A stretch of 64,000 nt of DNA from Chiloscyllium plagiosum (taxonomy: Eukaryota): assembly GCF_004010195.1 (NCBI RefSeq), contig NC_057755.1:5687474-5751473 (forward strand), written 5' to 3'. Shown here one piece after another: positions 12,071 through 24,300 of the stretch. Under the pieces are notes generated by a model. It was given only the letters and a program-made list of their open reading frames with translations. It was not told where the DNA came from and ran no database searches. The translations under genes and the position numbers were made by a program. Each line of letters starts with the position of its first letter. Position 1 is the stretch's first letter.

Positions 12071-14514
12071 TGTATTCAGGATTGAACCAAAACAAGCTGG
12101 CTTCTCATTGTGTTCAATTATTTGAGGGTTCGCTATTGTGGATATGTGTTCATAACTTACCTGTTTAAGAGCTAAATATTTCTTTTCCGTCATTAAAATA
12201 TACCTATAAAAGTAGGCAAATATAATTGACGAGCAGATAATACATGTTTCTGTAAATGTAAGACAATTCTGAGTTTGTTACACTTTAGAGTGAACATGTG
12301 GCTGTGCTGGAATGTCAGATGTGATGGAACAAAACTGTACAATGTGTCATTGAGATTGGACACCCGTCAGAGTCAGCCTGTTTGTCATTATCATACAAAA
12401 AAAACAGAAAAGGTCATAGTTCTGGAAATGGCTTTGTGAACTCTGTTAGTGACATAGTGTGTTCAAATGATGAGTAAAACCGAATCAGGTCAAGGTTTCT
12501 TTCACAGTTTCTATACTTAATATACAACGTTCTGTATTCTGTACTGTTAATTCTCTGCAATGTTCTTCAACGCAATTTATTAACCATAGTCATAATATTG
12601 CAGGTACTAGTCAATTACTTGATGAATCAATGTACTAATATATATATTTTCTTTATGTTTCTATATTGCTTTAAAACTTATTGTAGCACATCCCTCATCA
12701 AATCCTCTTCCTCACGAGGAGAACAAGGATCATAAAGCAGCAATCACTGTAAAATTTACTGTGGATAGATGATGGATCATAGATTCAAAAATTATTGATC
12801 TAATCAGATTCAGAGTGGAATAGTGGCAATCAGTCTAGCTCGATATCCACAGTCATTAACATCGAGCTAATGAATGAGAGCAGTCATGTCCTACAGTTTG
12901 TTCTAACTTTGCTGAAAGATTAATCACTCCCAAAAATATTATTAAAGGAAACATTATTTGCCTATGGGACAATTAATTGAATTCATGCCGTTGTTCTGTT
13001 ATTTTCATTTTTGCAAGAAGTCACACCTATTATCCCCAATCGAACACTTTACTTTGTAAACTTAGTACGAAATATATTCAACCAAAGATTTTCCCATTTG
13101 TAATCCATCGTATTACCAAACTCCATCAGTGAAGAGATCAGAAATGAGAACTGTCATATTGAAGAAGCATCGCTTTGTTTCAGTCAAGTTATGTTCCTAG
13201 TTACAACTGCATTCAAATCTTCCCTTTCATTCAGTTCCCCACGAGTTAAATTCTATCCTCAGACATACTCCTTCTTGTTCAATATCACGGTGGTGAATTG
13301 TTTCCTTCTTGTTGGTAACTCATACTCAGTGTTATTGTATTTTGCTAGAAGCTCCCAATAACACTTGGAGGCTCGGCTCGTTGTTCTCCTTTGGCTAAGA
13401 ACCCAGACCCAGTTAGAATTTTACAGAAAGCTGCTCACTGCATCACATTGCCATGGGAATCGGAAGTTGCATTCAGGTTATTGACCCACATTCAGTACAG
13501 CTCTCCACTGAAAGATATTTTCAATAATATTTACAATTGAGGTCATGGATATTCCCCCATTCTGCGACACACTTACAGCAATGCTGCGTTTACAGAAACT
13601 CGAGAAAAGCAACAACACGGGGTCAGAAGTTCATATCTGAGCAGTTACCCACACTCAATGACGCATTCTCCCAGCACTACGAGGCAACAGTAATAACAGG
13701 TTATTCCCTATTCAGTACAATTCCACGATCAGTAACAGCTTCATTCAGAGTTACTCCAGGAGATCGAGATTAACAGTACGAAGCATTCTAATCAATCACT
13801 GGATAATGTAGAGTGTGTATGAACTAGAAATAAAGATTTTCTTTTCTCAGTTGAAGAATTACACTACAGAGTTAGTTTGGAAATGTTAACTACGTGCATT
13901 TCTCTCAATATTTGGAACTCATATTAACCTGATCATCTGCCCTCACAAAATCATTCCTCCACACATCCACTGACTAAGAAAAGCACATAGGATCATCAAG
14001 GTCATTTGCCTTTCGCTTATCACTCCATAATGATCGGCCCAACACACCCATTGCCCACCTGTTGTATGTGGGCTTCCATTTGGAGCGAGCTGCCTGAGCA
14101 AGACCCACCAACACAATCCCTTCGCATCAAGGAATGGGAAACACCAGGTATCACTAAGAGCTGGGTTGTTATAAAACCCATCTGAACAATAGCAGGTTTT
14201 GAATTCCCACAGAGAGAGTGTGGTCTTGGTAACCACTTTCTTGACCAGCCAGGGCCCGTGCTCAGACAAACCCCATCAGTGTGGCGCCAGAGCAAACCCA
14301 TTCTGCACAGTACAGAGAAACAGGCAACACTGCACATTACTGAGAAGCCTCGTCATCAAACAACTATTTTCTTTAAACTCAGTAAATGAGGGCACTATAA
14401 ACTGACATCGAGATTTACCTTACTGAATGGAAAGAAAATAATTATCAGTCATAGAGCGGAAATTAGTGATTTAATGCAGAGATTTATGGAAATTTAAATT
14501 GTAACAAGACTCAC

Positions 14515-14581
14515 CAGGAACTCCAACACTAGCAAGGACAGTGTAATATAATTTCGCGACCATTTGCCTTGGCAGATGCAT
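14515..14581 (-). CDS. GPR139/GPR142-like GPCR, exon 1 (MHLPRQMVAKLYYTVLASVGVP + G)
   Basis: 67 coding nt followed by donor GTGAGT. Joins exon 2 in frame (G|TT = Val) to give 948 nt, i.e. 315 aa plus stop. Same length and phase as the exon at 31790-31856. Confidence 0.88.
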
Positions 14582-15224
14582 TGTGTTGTTTGTGAAACAA
14601 TCTCCCCGTTCCTGCTGCTGACAATCTGTAAGAATTGGAGAATTCTCTCGGAGTTGGAGCTGACCCAGTTCCAGAGACTTTATTTCATATTGTGTGATAT
14701 CTCCACTGGGAATCTGTGATTTTTTAAAATATAATTTTGAACAAAGAGATTACGACAACAGGTTTATTTTAACGATATGATATCATGGAGATTTAGTCTG
14801 TATTTGAACTCCCCAAAGACTGGATTAATCTGATCCTATTTAGGTGACAAATATTACTTGCAACTCGTCTTCAAAAAGCAATGATTGAAATAATATTTCA
14901 CTCACCACCAGTCCCATTAATACCTTTTGATATTCTTTTCATTGATGACGTTCATTTTGCTGAGGCTATACAGTTATTCCATATCTCATGTTGCAGAGCT
15001 CCTTGAGAGCTTTTCTACTGTACACTGTTAACCCTCTTCTTTCCTTGTTTATTCAGTTTTACAACACAGTTGAGAAATTCTGTCTGTGAGTGAGCATGGT
15101 AATACAGAACCTGAAGCTGATACTGACCACAAGAACAGTTGGAACATACACTGCGAAATATTTCTTTAAAACAGATCGGAACAAACTAGGAAGTGATCCG
15201 AACGTTCTTTTCAGAATTACAGAG

Positions 15225-15575
15225 TGATAGAATCCCATAGAACAGAAGAGGCCTTTTGGCCCGTCATGCTAAAACTACACTCAATCTACATCATTCCCTC
15301 TGCCCAGCACTGGGCCCCGAGCCTTGAATGTTATGACATTTCAAGTACATATCCAAGTTCGCTTTAAAGGTTTCTTGCCTGAGGTACCCTCCTAATCACT
15401 GCATTGCAGGCCGCGAACATCCTATAGGTAAGAAGGTATTTCCTCCTGTCCCCCTAAACCTCCTGCCTTTCAAATCAAAATCATGCCATCCTATTATCGC
15501 CCTCTCGACGAAGGGGAAACAACTGTTTTCTGTTCACCCTGTCCACGCCCTTCATAGCCTTATATACATCGATCT
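15225..15575 (-). mobile_element. CR1 3' fragment
   Basis: gatagaatc tail, gaggccttttggccc hairpin and decayed ORF2 C-terminus. Confidence 0.65.
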
Positions 15576-15582
15576 CTGTTCT

Positions 15583-17115
15583 AGAATCATAGAGTCATAG
15601 AGATGTACAACACGGATACAGACCCTTCGGTCCAACCTGTCCATGCCGACCAGTTGTCCCAACCCAAACAATCCAACCTGCCAGCAGGCAGCCCATATCC
15701 CATTTCACAACATCTTTCCGATAGGAAGGAGACCAGAATTACACGCAATATTTCAACAGTGGCCTAACCAATTTCCTGTACAGCCGCAGTATGACCTCCC
15801 AACTCCTGTACTCAACACTATAAATGAAAGCAGTCTAAACGCCTTCTTCACTATCCTATCTATCTGCGACTCCACTTTCAAGGAGCACTGAACTTGCACT
15901 CCAAGGTCTCTTTGTTCAGCAACACTCCATAGGACCTTACCAATAAGTGAAAAAGTCCTGCTAAGATTTGCTTTCCCAAAATGCAGCACCTCACATTTAT
16001 CTGAATTAAACTCCATCTGCCACTTTTCAGCCCATTGGCCCATTTGGTCCAGATCCTGTTGTAATCTGAGCTATCCCTCTTCGCTGTCCACTTCACCTCC
16101 AATTTTGATGTCATCTGCAAACTTACTAACTGTACCTCTTATGCTCGCATCCAAATCATTTATGCAAATGACAAAAATTAGAAGGCCCAACACCGATCCT
16201 TGTGGCACTCCACTGATCACAGGCCTCTAGTCTGAAAAACAACCCTTCATCACCAAACTCTGTCTTCTCCTTTTGAGCCAGTTCTGTATCCAAATGGCTC
16301 GTTCTCCCTGTATTCCATGAGATCTAACCTTGCTAATCAGTCTCCCATGGGGAACCTTGTCGAACGCCTTACTGAAGTCCATATAGATCACATCTACTGC
16401 TCTGCCCTCATCAATCTTCTTTGTTACTACTTCAAAAAACTCAATCAAATTTGTGAGACATGATTTCCCACGCACAAAGCCATGTTTACTATCGTGAATC
16501 AGTCCTTGCCTTTCCAAATACATGTGCAACCTTTCCCTCAGGATTGCCTCCAACAACTTGCCCACCACCGAGGTCAGGCTCACCGCTCCATAGTTCCCTG
16601 GCTTGATTTTACCGCCGTTCTTAAACAGTGGCACCACGTTTTCCAACCTCCAGTCTTCCGGCACCTCACCTGTGACTATCGATGATACAAATATCTCAGC
16701 AAGAGGCCCAGCAATCACTTCTCTAGCTTCCCACAGAGCTCTGGACTTCACCTGATCAGGTCTTGGGGATGTATCCACCTTTAACCGTTCCACCACATTC
16801 AGCATTTACTCCTCTGTAATCTGGACATTTTGCAAGATGTCACTATCTATTTCACTACAGTCTCTCTCTTCCATATCCTTTTCCACAGTAAATACTGATG
16901 CAAAATATTCATTTCGTATCTCCCCCATTTTCTGTAACTCTACGCAAAGGCCGCCTTGCTGATCTTTGAAAGGGGCTCTTCTCTCCCTAGTTACCCTTTT
17001 ATCCTTAATATATTTGTAAAAACGCTTTGAATTATCCTTAATTATCTTTGCCAAAGCTATCTCTTGTCCCCGTTTTGCCGTCCTGATTTCCCTCTTCAGT
17101 ATACTCCTACTTTGT
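15583..17115 (-). mobile_element. CR1 LINE, RT domain and 3' end, with a deletion near 15710
   Basis: ORF 16227-16805 (VPEDWR..NVVPLFK, HGFVRGKSCLTNLIEFFE, YMDFSKAFDKVPH), then PQGSVLGL and KFADD. Tail is (catagagt) repeats. Confidence 0.95.
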
Positions 17116-17119
17116 ACTG

Positions 17120-18380
17120 CAAACCCAGCTTATCCAGCCTCCCTCTTCACAGTTAAATTGCTATAGCCCAGACAACATTCTACTGAAACACCTTTGCACA
17201 CCTGCAATGTACTCCCATCCTCCCTATGCTACCGTGACCAGATCCACGCACAATACTCCAACTGCGGCCGAACCAAAACCCTGCTCAGCTGCAACAGGAT
17301 CTCCCAACTCCTATAATCTATGCCTCCCCTATATGCCTTCTTAATGCCCCTATCAAACCATCCTGCTGCCCTCAGGGATGTGTTGACAAACACCTCAAGA
17401 TGGTTCAGGTCCTTTGATGTTCCCAGTGTGCTACCATTCATTGCGTACTACCTTGTCTTTTAACTTCTACCAAAGTCATGAGCTCACATTTATTAGGATT
17501 AAATTCCATCTGCCACTGCTCTGCCCATCTCACCAATCTGACCAATCTGAGTATTCCTGTCCGCAACCTAAGACGATTTTTCTCACTGCCAATCACCCAG
17601 GCGATATTGGTATCATCTGCAAATTTACTTATCATCCTTAACCACCTTTCCTGCTCCCGCCCCCCAACACACACACACACACACACACACATCAATATCA
17701 TTTATGATTATTATAACCAATAAGGGACCCAACACGGATCCCTTTGGTCCACCACAGGACACCAGTTTCCACTTACACAGCCTTCTACCAACACGACCTG
17801 CCTCCTCGAATTGCAGCAATTTTGGAGCCAAGCAGCTAATTTAGTCTGAAAATGTGTTGCTTATGCCCGAAGGGCTTATGCCCGAAACGTCGGTTCTCCT
17901 GTTCCCTGGATGCTGCCTGACCTGCTGCGCTTTTCAGCAACACATTTTCAGCTCTGATCTCCAGCATCTGCAGAACTCACTTTCTCCTCCAGCTAATTTA
18001 GTCTGTAAGACATGTGGTTTTATGTTAGTTATCAATCTGCCATGTGAGGCCTTGTCAAAGTCTGTGCTAAATCTGTACAAACCAGATCAATTCCCTATCC
18101 TCGTCCACAAACCTGGACACCTCCTGTTAAAACTCCACCAGATTTGTGAGGCATTAACCCCTCCCCCACTGACAGAGCCGTGCTGATTTTGCATGGCCAA
18201 GCCATGCCTCTCAAAAAGAGATTCATTCTCTCCTTCGGCACTTCCTCCAATAGTTTTCCAGGCAATAATGTGACAATCTGTAATTCCTCTCTATCTCTAA
18301 CACCGTCGTGAAAAGTGGAAAAACATCAGCTAACCTCCAGCCCTCTGGAATTTCCCCAGTGACCAGAAAGGAATTAAAGG
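17120..18380 (-). mobile_element. Older decayed CR1 RT fragment containing a (CA)n tract and a Penelope-like insert
   Basis: PKGSVLGPLL, ISKFADDT, WQMEFNPNKC and RPQLEYC in short minus-strand ORFs. Confidence 0.85.
17849..17989 (+). mobile_element. Penelope-like 3' terminal fragment with a 16-bp flanking direct repeat
   Basis: cagctaatttagtctg at 17833-17848 and 17990-18005. Contains GGGCTTATGCCCGAAACGTC and a short 5' inverted copy. Confidence 0.85.
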
Positions 18381-18479
18381 TTTGGGAAAGAGTCCTCTCT
18401 CGTCTCCTTGGTTACAATTCCTGCAGACCTTGGGGTTTGGTCTATTTAAACTCACTAAACCTACAATACATGCTCGCAT

Positions 18480-20838
18480 AATCCCAAAATCTGCTCAAGA
18501 GAGATCGATCTGAGACGGGTCCAGCTGAGAACAGAAGTGAGTCAAACAGTCAGGGTAGGCAGGGACAAGGTAGGACTAATAAATTAAACTGTATTAATTT
18601 CAATACAAGGGGCCGAACAGGGAAGGCAGATGAACTTAGGGCATGGTTAGGAACATGGAACTGGGATATAATAGCAATTACGGAAAGATGGCTCAGGGAT
18701 GGGCAGGACTGGCAGCTTAATGCTCCAGGATACAAATACTACTGGAAGGGCTGAAAGGGAGGCAAGAGAGGAGGGGAAGTGGCATTTTTGATAAGGGATA
18801 GCATTACAGCTGAGCTGAGGGAGGATATTCCCGGAAATACATCCAGAGAAGTTATTTGGGTGGAACTGAGAAATAAGAAAGGGATGATCACCTTATTGGG
18901 ATTGTATTATAGACCCCCCCAATAGTCAGAAGGAAGTTGAGAAACAAACTTGTAAGGAGATCTCAGCTATCTGTAAGAATAATAGGGTAGTTATAGTTAG
19001 GGATTTTAACTTTGCAAACATCGACTGGGACTGCCATAGTGTTAAATGTTTAGCTGGAGAGGAATTTCTTAAATATGTACAAGACAATTTTCTGATTCAG
19101 TATGTGGATGTGCCTGTTAGAGAAGGTGCAGAACTTGACCGACTCTTGGAAAATAAGGCAGGGCAGGTGACTGAGGTGTCAGTGGGGGAGCACTTTGGGG
19201 CCAGCGACCATAATTCTATTCGTTTTAAAATTGTGATGGAAAAGGATAGACCAGATCTAAAAGTTGAAGTTCTAAATTGGAGAAAGGCCAATTTTGACGG
19301 TATTAGGCAAGAACTTTCGAGAGCTGATTGGAGGCAGACGTTCGCAGGCAAATGGACGGCTGGAAAGGGGGAATTCTTCAGAAATGAGATAACAGGAATC
19401 CAGAGAATGTATCTTCCTGTCACGGTGAAAGGAATGGTTGGTAGTTATAGGGAATGCTGGATGACTAAAGAAGTTGAGGGTTTGATTGAGAAAAAGAAGA
19501 CAGCATATGTCAGATGTAGACAGGATAGATCGAGTGAATCCTTAGAAAAATATAAAGAAAGTAGGAGTATACTTAAGAGAGAAATCGGGAGGGCAAAACG
19601 GGAACACGAGATAGCTTTGGCAAATACAATTAAGAAGATTCCAAGGGTTTTTACAAATATATTTAGGACAAAATGGTAACTAGGGAAAAAATAGGCCCCC
19701 TCAAAGATCAGCAAGGCGGCCTTTGCGTGAAGTCACAGAAAATGGGGGAGATACTAAATGAATATTTGGCACCAGTATTTACTGTGGAAAAGGGTATGGA
19801 AGATATAGACTGGAGGGAAATAGAGGGTGACATCTTGCAAAATGTCCAGATTACAGAGGGGGAAGTGCTGGATGTCTTGAAATGGATAAAAGTGGATAAA
19901 TCCCCAGGGCCTGATCAGTTAATCAGTTTGCAGATGACACTAAAATTTTTGGTGTAGTAGACATCGAAGAGGGTTACCTCAGATTTCAACAGGATCTGGA
20001 GCAGATTGGCCAATGGGCTGAGATGTGGCAGATGAAGTTTAATTCAGATAAATGCGAGATGCTGCATTTATGGAAAGCAAATCATAGCAGGACTTATATA
20101 CTTAATGGTAAGGCCCTAGACAGTGTTGCTGAACAAAGAGACCTTGGAGTGTAGGATCAGAGCTCCTTGAAAGTGGAGTTGCGGGGAGATAGGATAATGA
20201 AGAAGGCGTTTGGTATAACTTCTTCTATTGCTTAGAGTGTTGGGTACAGGAGTTGGGAAGTCATGTTGCGGCCGTACCGGACATTGGTTAGACCACTGTT
20301 GGAATAGTGCATGCAATTCTGGTCTCCTTCCTATCGGAAAGACGTTGTGAAACTTGAAAGGGTTCAGAAAAGATTTTCAAGTATTTTGCCAGGGTTGGAG
20401 CATTTGAGCTACAGGGAGAGGGTGAATAAGCTGGGGTTATTTTCCCTGGAGCGTCGGAGGCTGAAGAGTGACCTTATAGAGTTCATAAAATTATGTGGAG
20501 CATTGATAGGATAAATAAACTAAGTCTTTTCCTTGTGGTTGGGTAGTCCAGATCTAGAGGGCATAGGTTGAGTGTGAGAGGGGAAAGATATAAAAGAGAC
20601 ATAAGCGGCAACTTTTTCACATGTATGGAATGAGCTGCCAGAAGATGTGTTTGTGGCTGGTACAATTGCAACATTTAAGAGGCATTTGGATGTGTATATG
20701 AATGGGTACGTTTGGAGGGATATGGGCTGGGTGTTGGCAGGTGGGACTAGATTGGGTTGGGATATCTGGTCGGAATGGACAGGTTTGACCGAAGGGTCTG
20801 TTCCCATGCTGTACATCTTTATGACTCTATGACTCTAT
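18480..20838 (+). mobile_element. CR1 LINE ORF2 (endonuclease, linker, ~620-bp RT deletion at ~19918, 3' end)
   Basis: GKADELRAW, WDIIAITE, YRPP, DFNF.NIDW and SDHNSIRF. DKSPGPDQ is joined directly to FADD. Tail is atgactctatgactctat. Confidence 0.93.
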
Positions 20839-20839
20839 A

Positions 20840-21165
20840 ACACACTCCGGGCTATCTGTTATTCTGTATATAAACCACACTGAAATCTTCGATTAGATTC
20901 CAGGCTGTAACTCATTTCCAGGCTATCTGTTATTCTGTATATAAACCACCGTGAACCCGTGAATTACATTCCAGGTTGTAACTCACTCCGGGCTATCTGT
21001 TATTCTACACATAATCGATACGAATCCTCTTGATAATATTCCAATCTGTAACTGACTTCCATTTTAAGGGACTCTGTACATTAGCCACCGCAATCGTTTG
21101 ATTATATTCCAGTCTGTATCACACTCCTGGTATCTGTTAGTCTGTATATTAACCATCCAATCCAA
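20840..21165. repeat. Short ~70-bp tandem array (~4.5 copies), unrelated to the adjacent large array
   Basis: ggctatctgttattct at 20850, 20921 and 20991, with further decayed copies. Confidence 0.85.
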
Positions 21166-21173
21166 CCCCTGTT

Positions 21174-21302
21174 AAAATTGCCCATAGTGTTCAGGGATGT
21201 GTCGGTGAGATGCATTAGTCAGGGGTCAATGTGAGGAAATGAGTCTGGGTGGGTTATTCTTCTGAAGATCAGTGTACATTTCTCTGACTTTATGATTCTA
21301 TG
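21174..21302 (+). mobile_element. SINE 3' fragment (HE1-like)
   Basis: aaattgcccatagtg...tctgggtggg...gattctatg resembles the reverse complement of the SINE at 50337-50643. Confidence 0.6.
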
Positions 21303-24300
21303 ACAGGGACAGAACGGGTTAGATCCAGAATAAAGCTCCCTCTACACTGTCCGCCATCAAAAACTCCCAGGACAAGGACAGCACGGGGTTAGATACAGAG
21401 TAAAGCTCCCTCGACACTGACACCTATCAAAGCCTCCCAGGACAGGGACAGCGCGGGGTTAGATACAGAGTAAAGCTCCCTCTACACTGTACCCATCAAA
21501 GCCTCCCAGGACAGGGACAGCACGGGATTGGATACAAAGGAAAGCTCCCTCTACACTATCCACCCATCAAGCATTCCCAGAGGAGGGACAGCACAGGGTT
21601 ACGTATAGACAAAACCTCTCTCTACGCTGTCACTCCATCAAACACTCCCAGGACAGAGACTACACCGGCTTAGATACAGATTAAGTCTCACTCTACACTG
21701 ACCCCCATCAAACACTCCGAGGACAGAGACAGCACGGGATTAGAGGTAGAGTAAAGCATCCTCTCCACTGTCCCCTGTGGATCTTAAACTGCAAACCATT
21801 AATCATTCTCCTGGGAGCACAGTGCCAGTGCCCCCTCTCATAACAGGGACAGCACGGGGATAGATACAGAATAAAGCTCCTTCAACACTGTCCCCCAATC
21901 AAATAGCTCCAGGACACGGACAGCAAAGGGTTAGATGCAGGGTAAAGCTTCCTCTACACTGTCACCCCATCAAAAAGATACAGCACTGGGACCGCATGGG
22001 GTTAGATACAGAGTAAAGTTCCCTCTACACTGTCCCTCCATCAAACAGTACCAGGAAGGGAACAGCACGGGGTTAGATACAACGTAAACTTCCCTCTACA
22101 CTGTCCCCCATCAAACTCTCCCAAGACAGGGATAGCAAGGGGTGAGATACAGAGTATAGATCCCTCTACACTGTCCCACCATCAAACACTCCCAGGACAG
22201 GGAAAGGGCGGGGTTAGATACAGAGTAACGTTCGGTCTACACTATACACCCCCCCCCCCACCAAACACTCCCAGGACAGGGACAGCACAGCGTTAGATAC
22301 AGATTAAAGCTCCCTCCACACTGTCCCCCTATCACACACTCTCAGGCCAACGGCAGCACGGTGTTAGATGCAGAGTAAAACTCTCTCTACACTGTACCCC
22401 GTCAAACACTCCCACAACACGGACAGCACGCCGTTAGATACAAAGTAAAGCTGCCTCGACATTGTCTCCCCACCAAACACGCCCTGGACAGGGGCAGTAC
22501 GAAGTTAGATACAGAGAAAAGCTCCCTCTACACTGTGCCCCTATCACACACTCCCAGGACAAGGAGCGCAATGGTCTAGAGATAGAGTAAAGCTCCATCT
22601 ACACTGTCCCCCATAAAACACTCGCAGGACAGGGATAGCAAGGGATTAGAGACAGAGAAAATCTACATCTACATGTTCCCCTATCAAGCACGCCCAGGAT
22701 AGGGACAGCAAGGGACCACAGAGAATAAAGCTGCCTCTATAATATCCCCCAACAAACCCTGTAAGCACAGAAACTGCACGGCGTTATATACACAGTAAAT
22801 CTCCCTCGACACAGTCCCCATCACATACTCCCAGGACAACACGGGGATAGAGAGAGCAAAGCTCCACCTGCACTGCCTCCATCAAACCATTACAGGACAG
22901 CGAAAGCACAGGGTTAGATACAGGGTAAAGCTGCCTCTACGCTGACTCACCCATCAAACAGTCCCAGGACAGGGACAGCACGGGGTTAGATACAGAGTAA
23001 AGTTCCCTCTACACTGTCTCATCACATACTCCCAGGACAGGAACAGCATGGGATTAGACACAAAGTAAAACCCCCTCTGCAGTGCCCCCCATCAAACCCT
23101 TACAGGACAGCGACAGCACAGGGTTAGACACAAAGTAAAGATCCCTCTAACCTGTCCCATCCACCAAACAGACCCAGGACAGGGACAGCATAATTTTAGA
23201 TTAACAGTAAAATGCTCTCTACACTGTTCCCCCATCAAACACTCCCAGGACAGGGACAGTACGGGGTTAGATACAGAGTAAAGCTTCCTCTACACAGTCC
23301 CCTCTTCAAGCTCTCCCAGGGCAGGGATAGCATGGGATTAGATACAGAGTAACGCTCCCTCTACACTTTCTCCCCATCAAAAACACACAGGACAGGGACA
23401 GCACGGGGTTAGATACAGAGTACAGCTGGCACAACACTGTCCCCCATCAAACACTCCCAGGATAGGGACAGCAAAGGGCTAGATACAGACTACAGCTCCC
23501 TCTACACTGTGCCCCTATCAAACACTCCCAAGACCGGGACAGTACGGGGCAGATACAAAGTAATGGTGCCTCTACACTGTCCCCCATCAAACACTCCCAG
23601 GACAGGGACAGCAAGGAGTTAGATACAGAGTAAAGCTCCCTCTACACTGTGCCCCTATCCAACACTCCCACGACCTGGACAACACGGGGTTGGATGCAGA
23701 GTAAACCTCACTATAAACTGTCCACCTATCAAATACTCCCAGGGCAGGGACAGCACGGGGTTAGATGCAAAGTAAAAGCTCCCTCTATTGTCCCCCAACA
23801 AACACTCCCCAGGACAGGGACAGCAATGGGTTAGATACAGAGTAAAGCTCCCTCTGCACTCTCTCCCCAACAAACTATCCCATCACAGAGACTGCAATGT
23901 GTTAGATACAGAAAAAGGTTCCCTCTACACAGTTCCCATCACACACTCCCAGGACAGGTACAACACGGAGTTAGACACAGAGTAAAGCCTCTTCTACACT
24001 CTCCCCAGCACACACTTCCAGGACAGGGACAACACGGGGTTAGACACAGATTAAAGCTTCCTCTACACTGTCCCCTCTTCATACACTCCCAGGACAGGGA
24101 CAGCATTGGGTTAGATACAGAGTAAAGCTCACTCTCCACTGCCTCCCTCTCAAACCCTCCCAACAGAGACTGCATGGCGATAGATACAGAGCAAAGCTCC
24201 CTCCACACATTCCGCCTCACACACTCTCAGGTCAGGGACAGTACGGGGTTTGATACAAAGTAAAGCTGCCTCTACACACTCCCCCCACCAAACACGCCCT

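Noticed and set aside
16227..16805. 192-aa reverse transcriptase ORF as a host gene or retron-like system
   Set aside because: Fragment of a CR1 ORF2 bounded by stops and continuous with a CR1 3' UTR.
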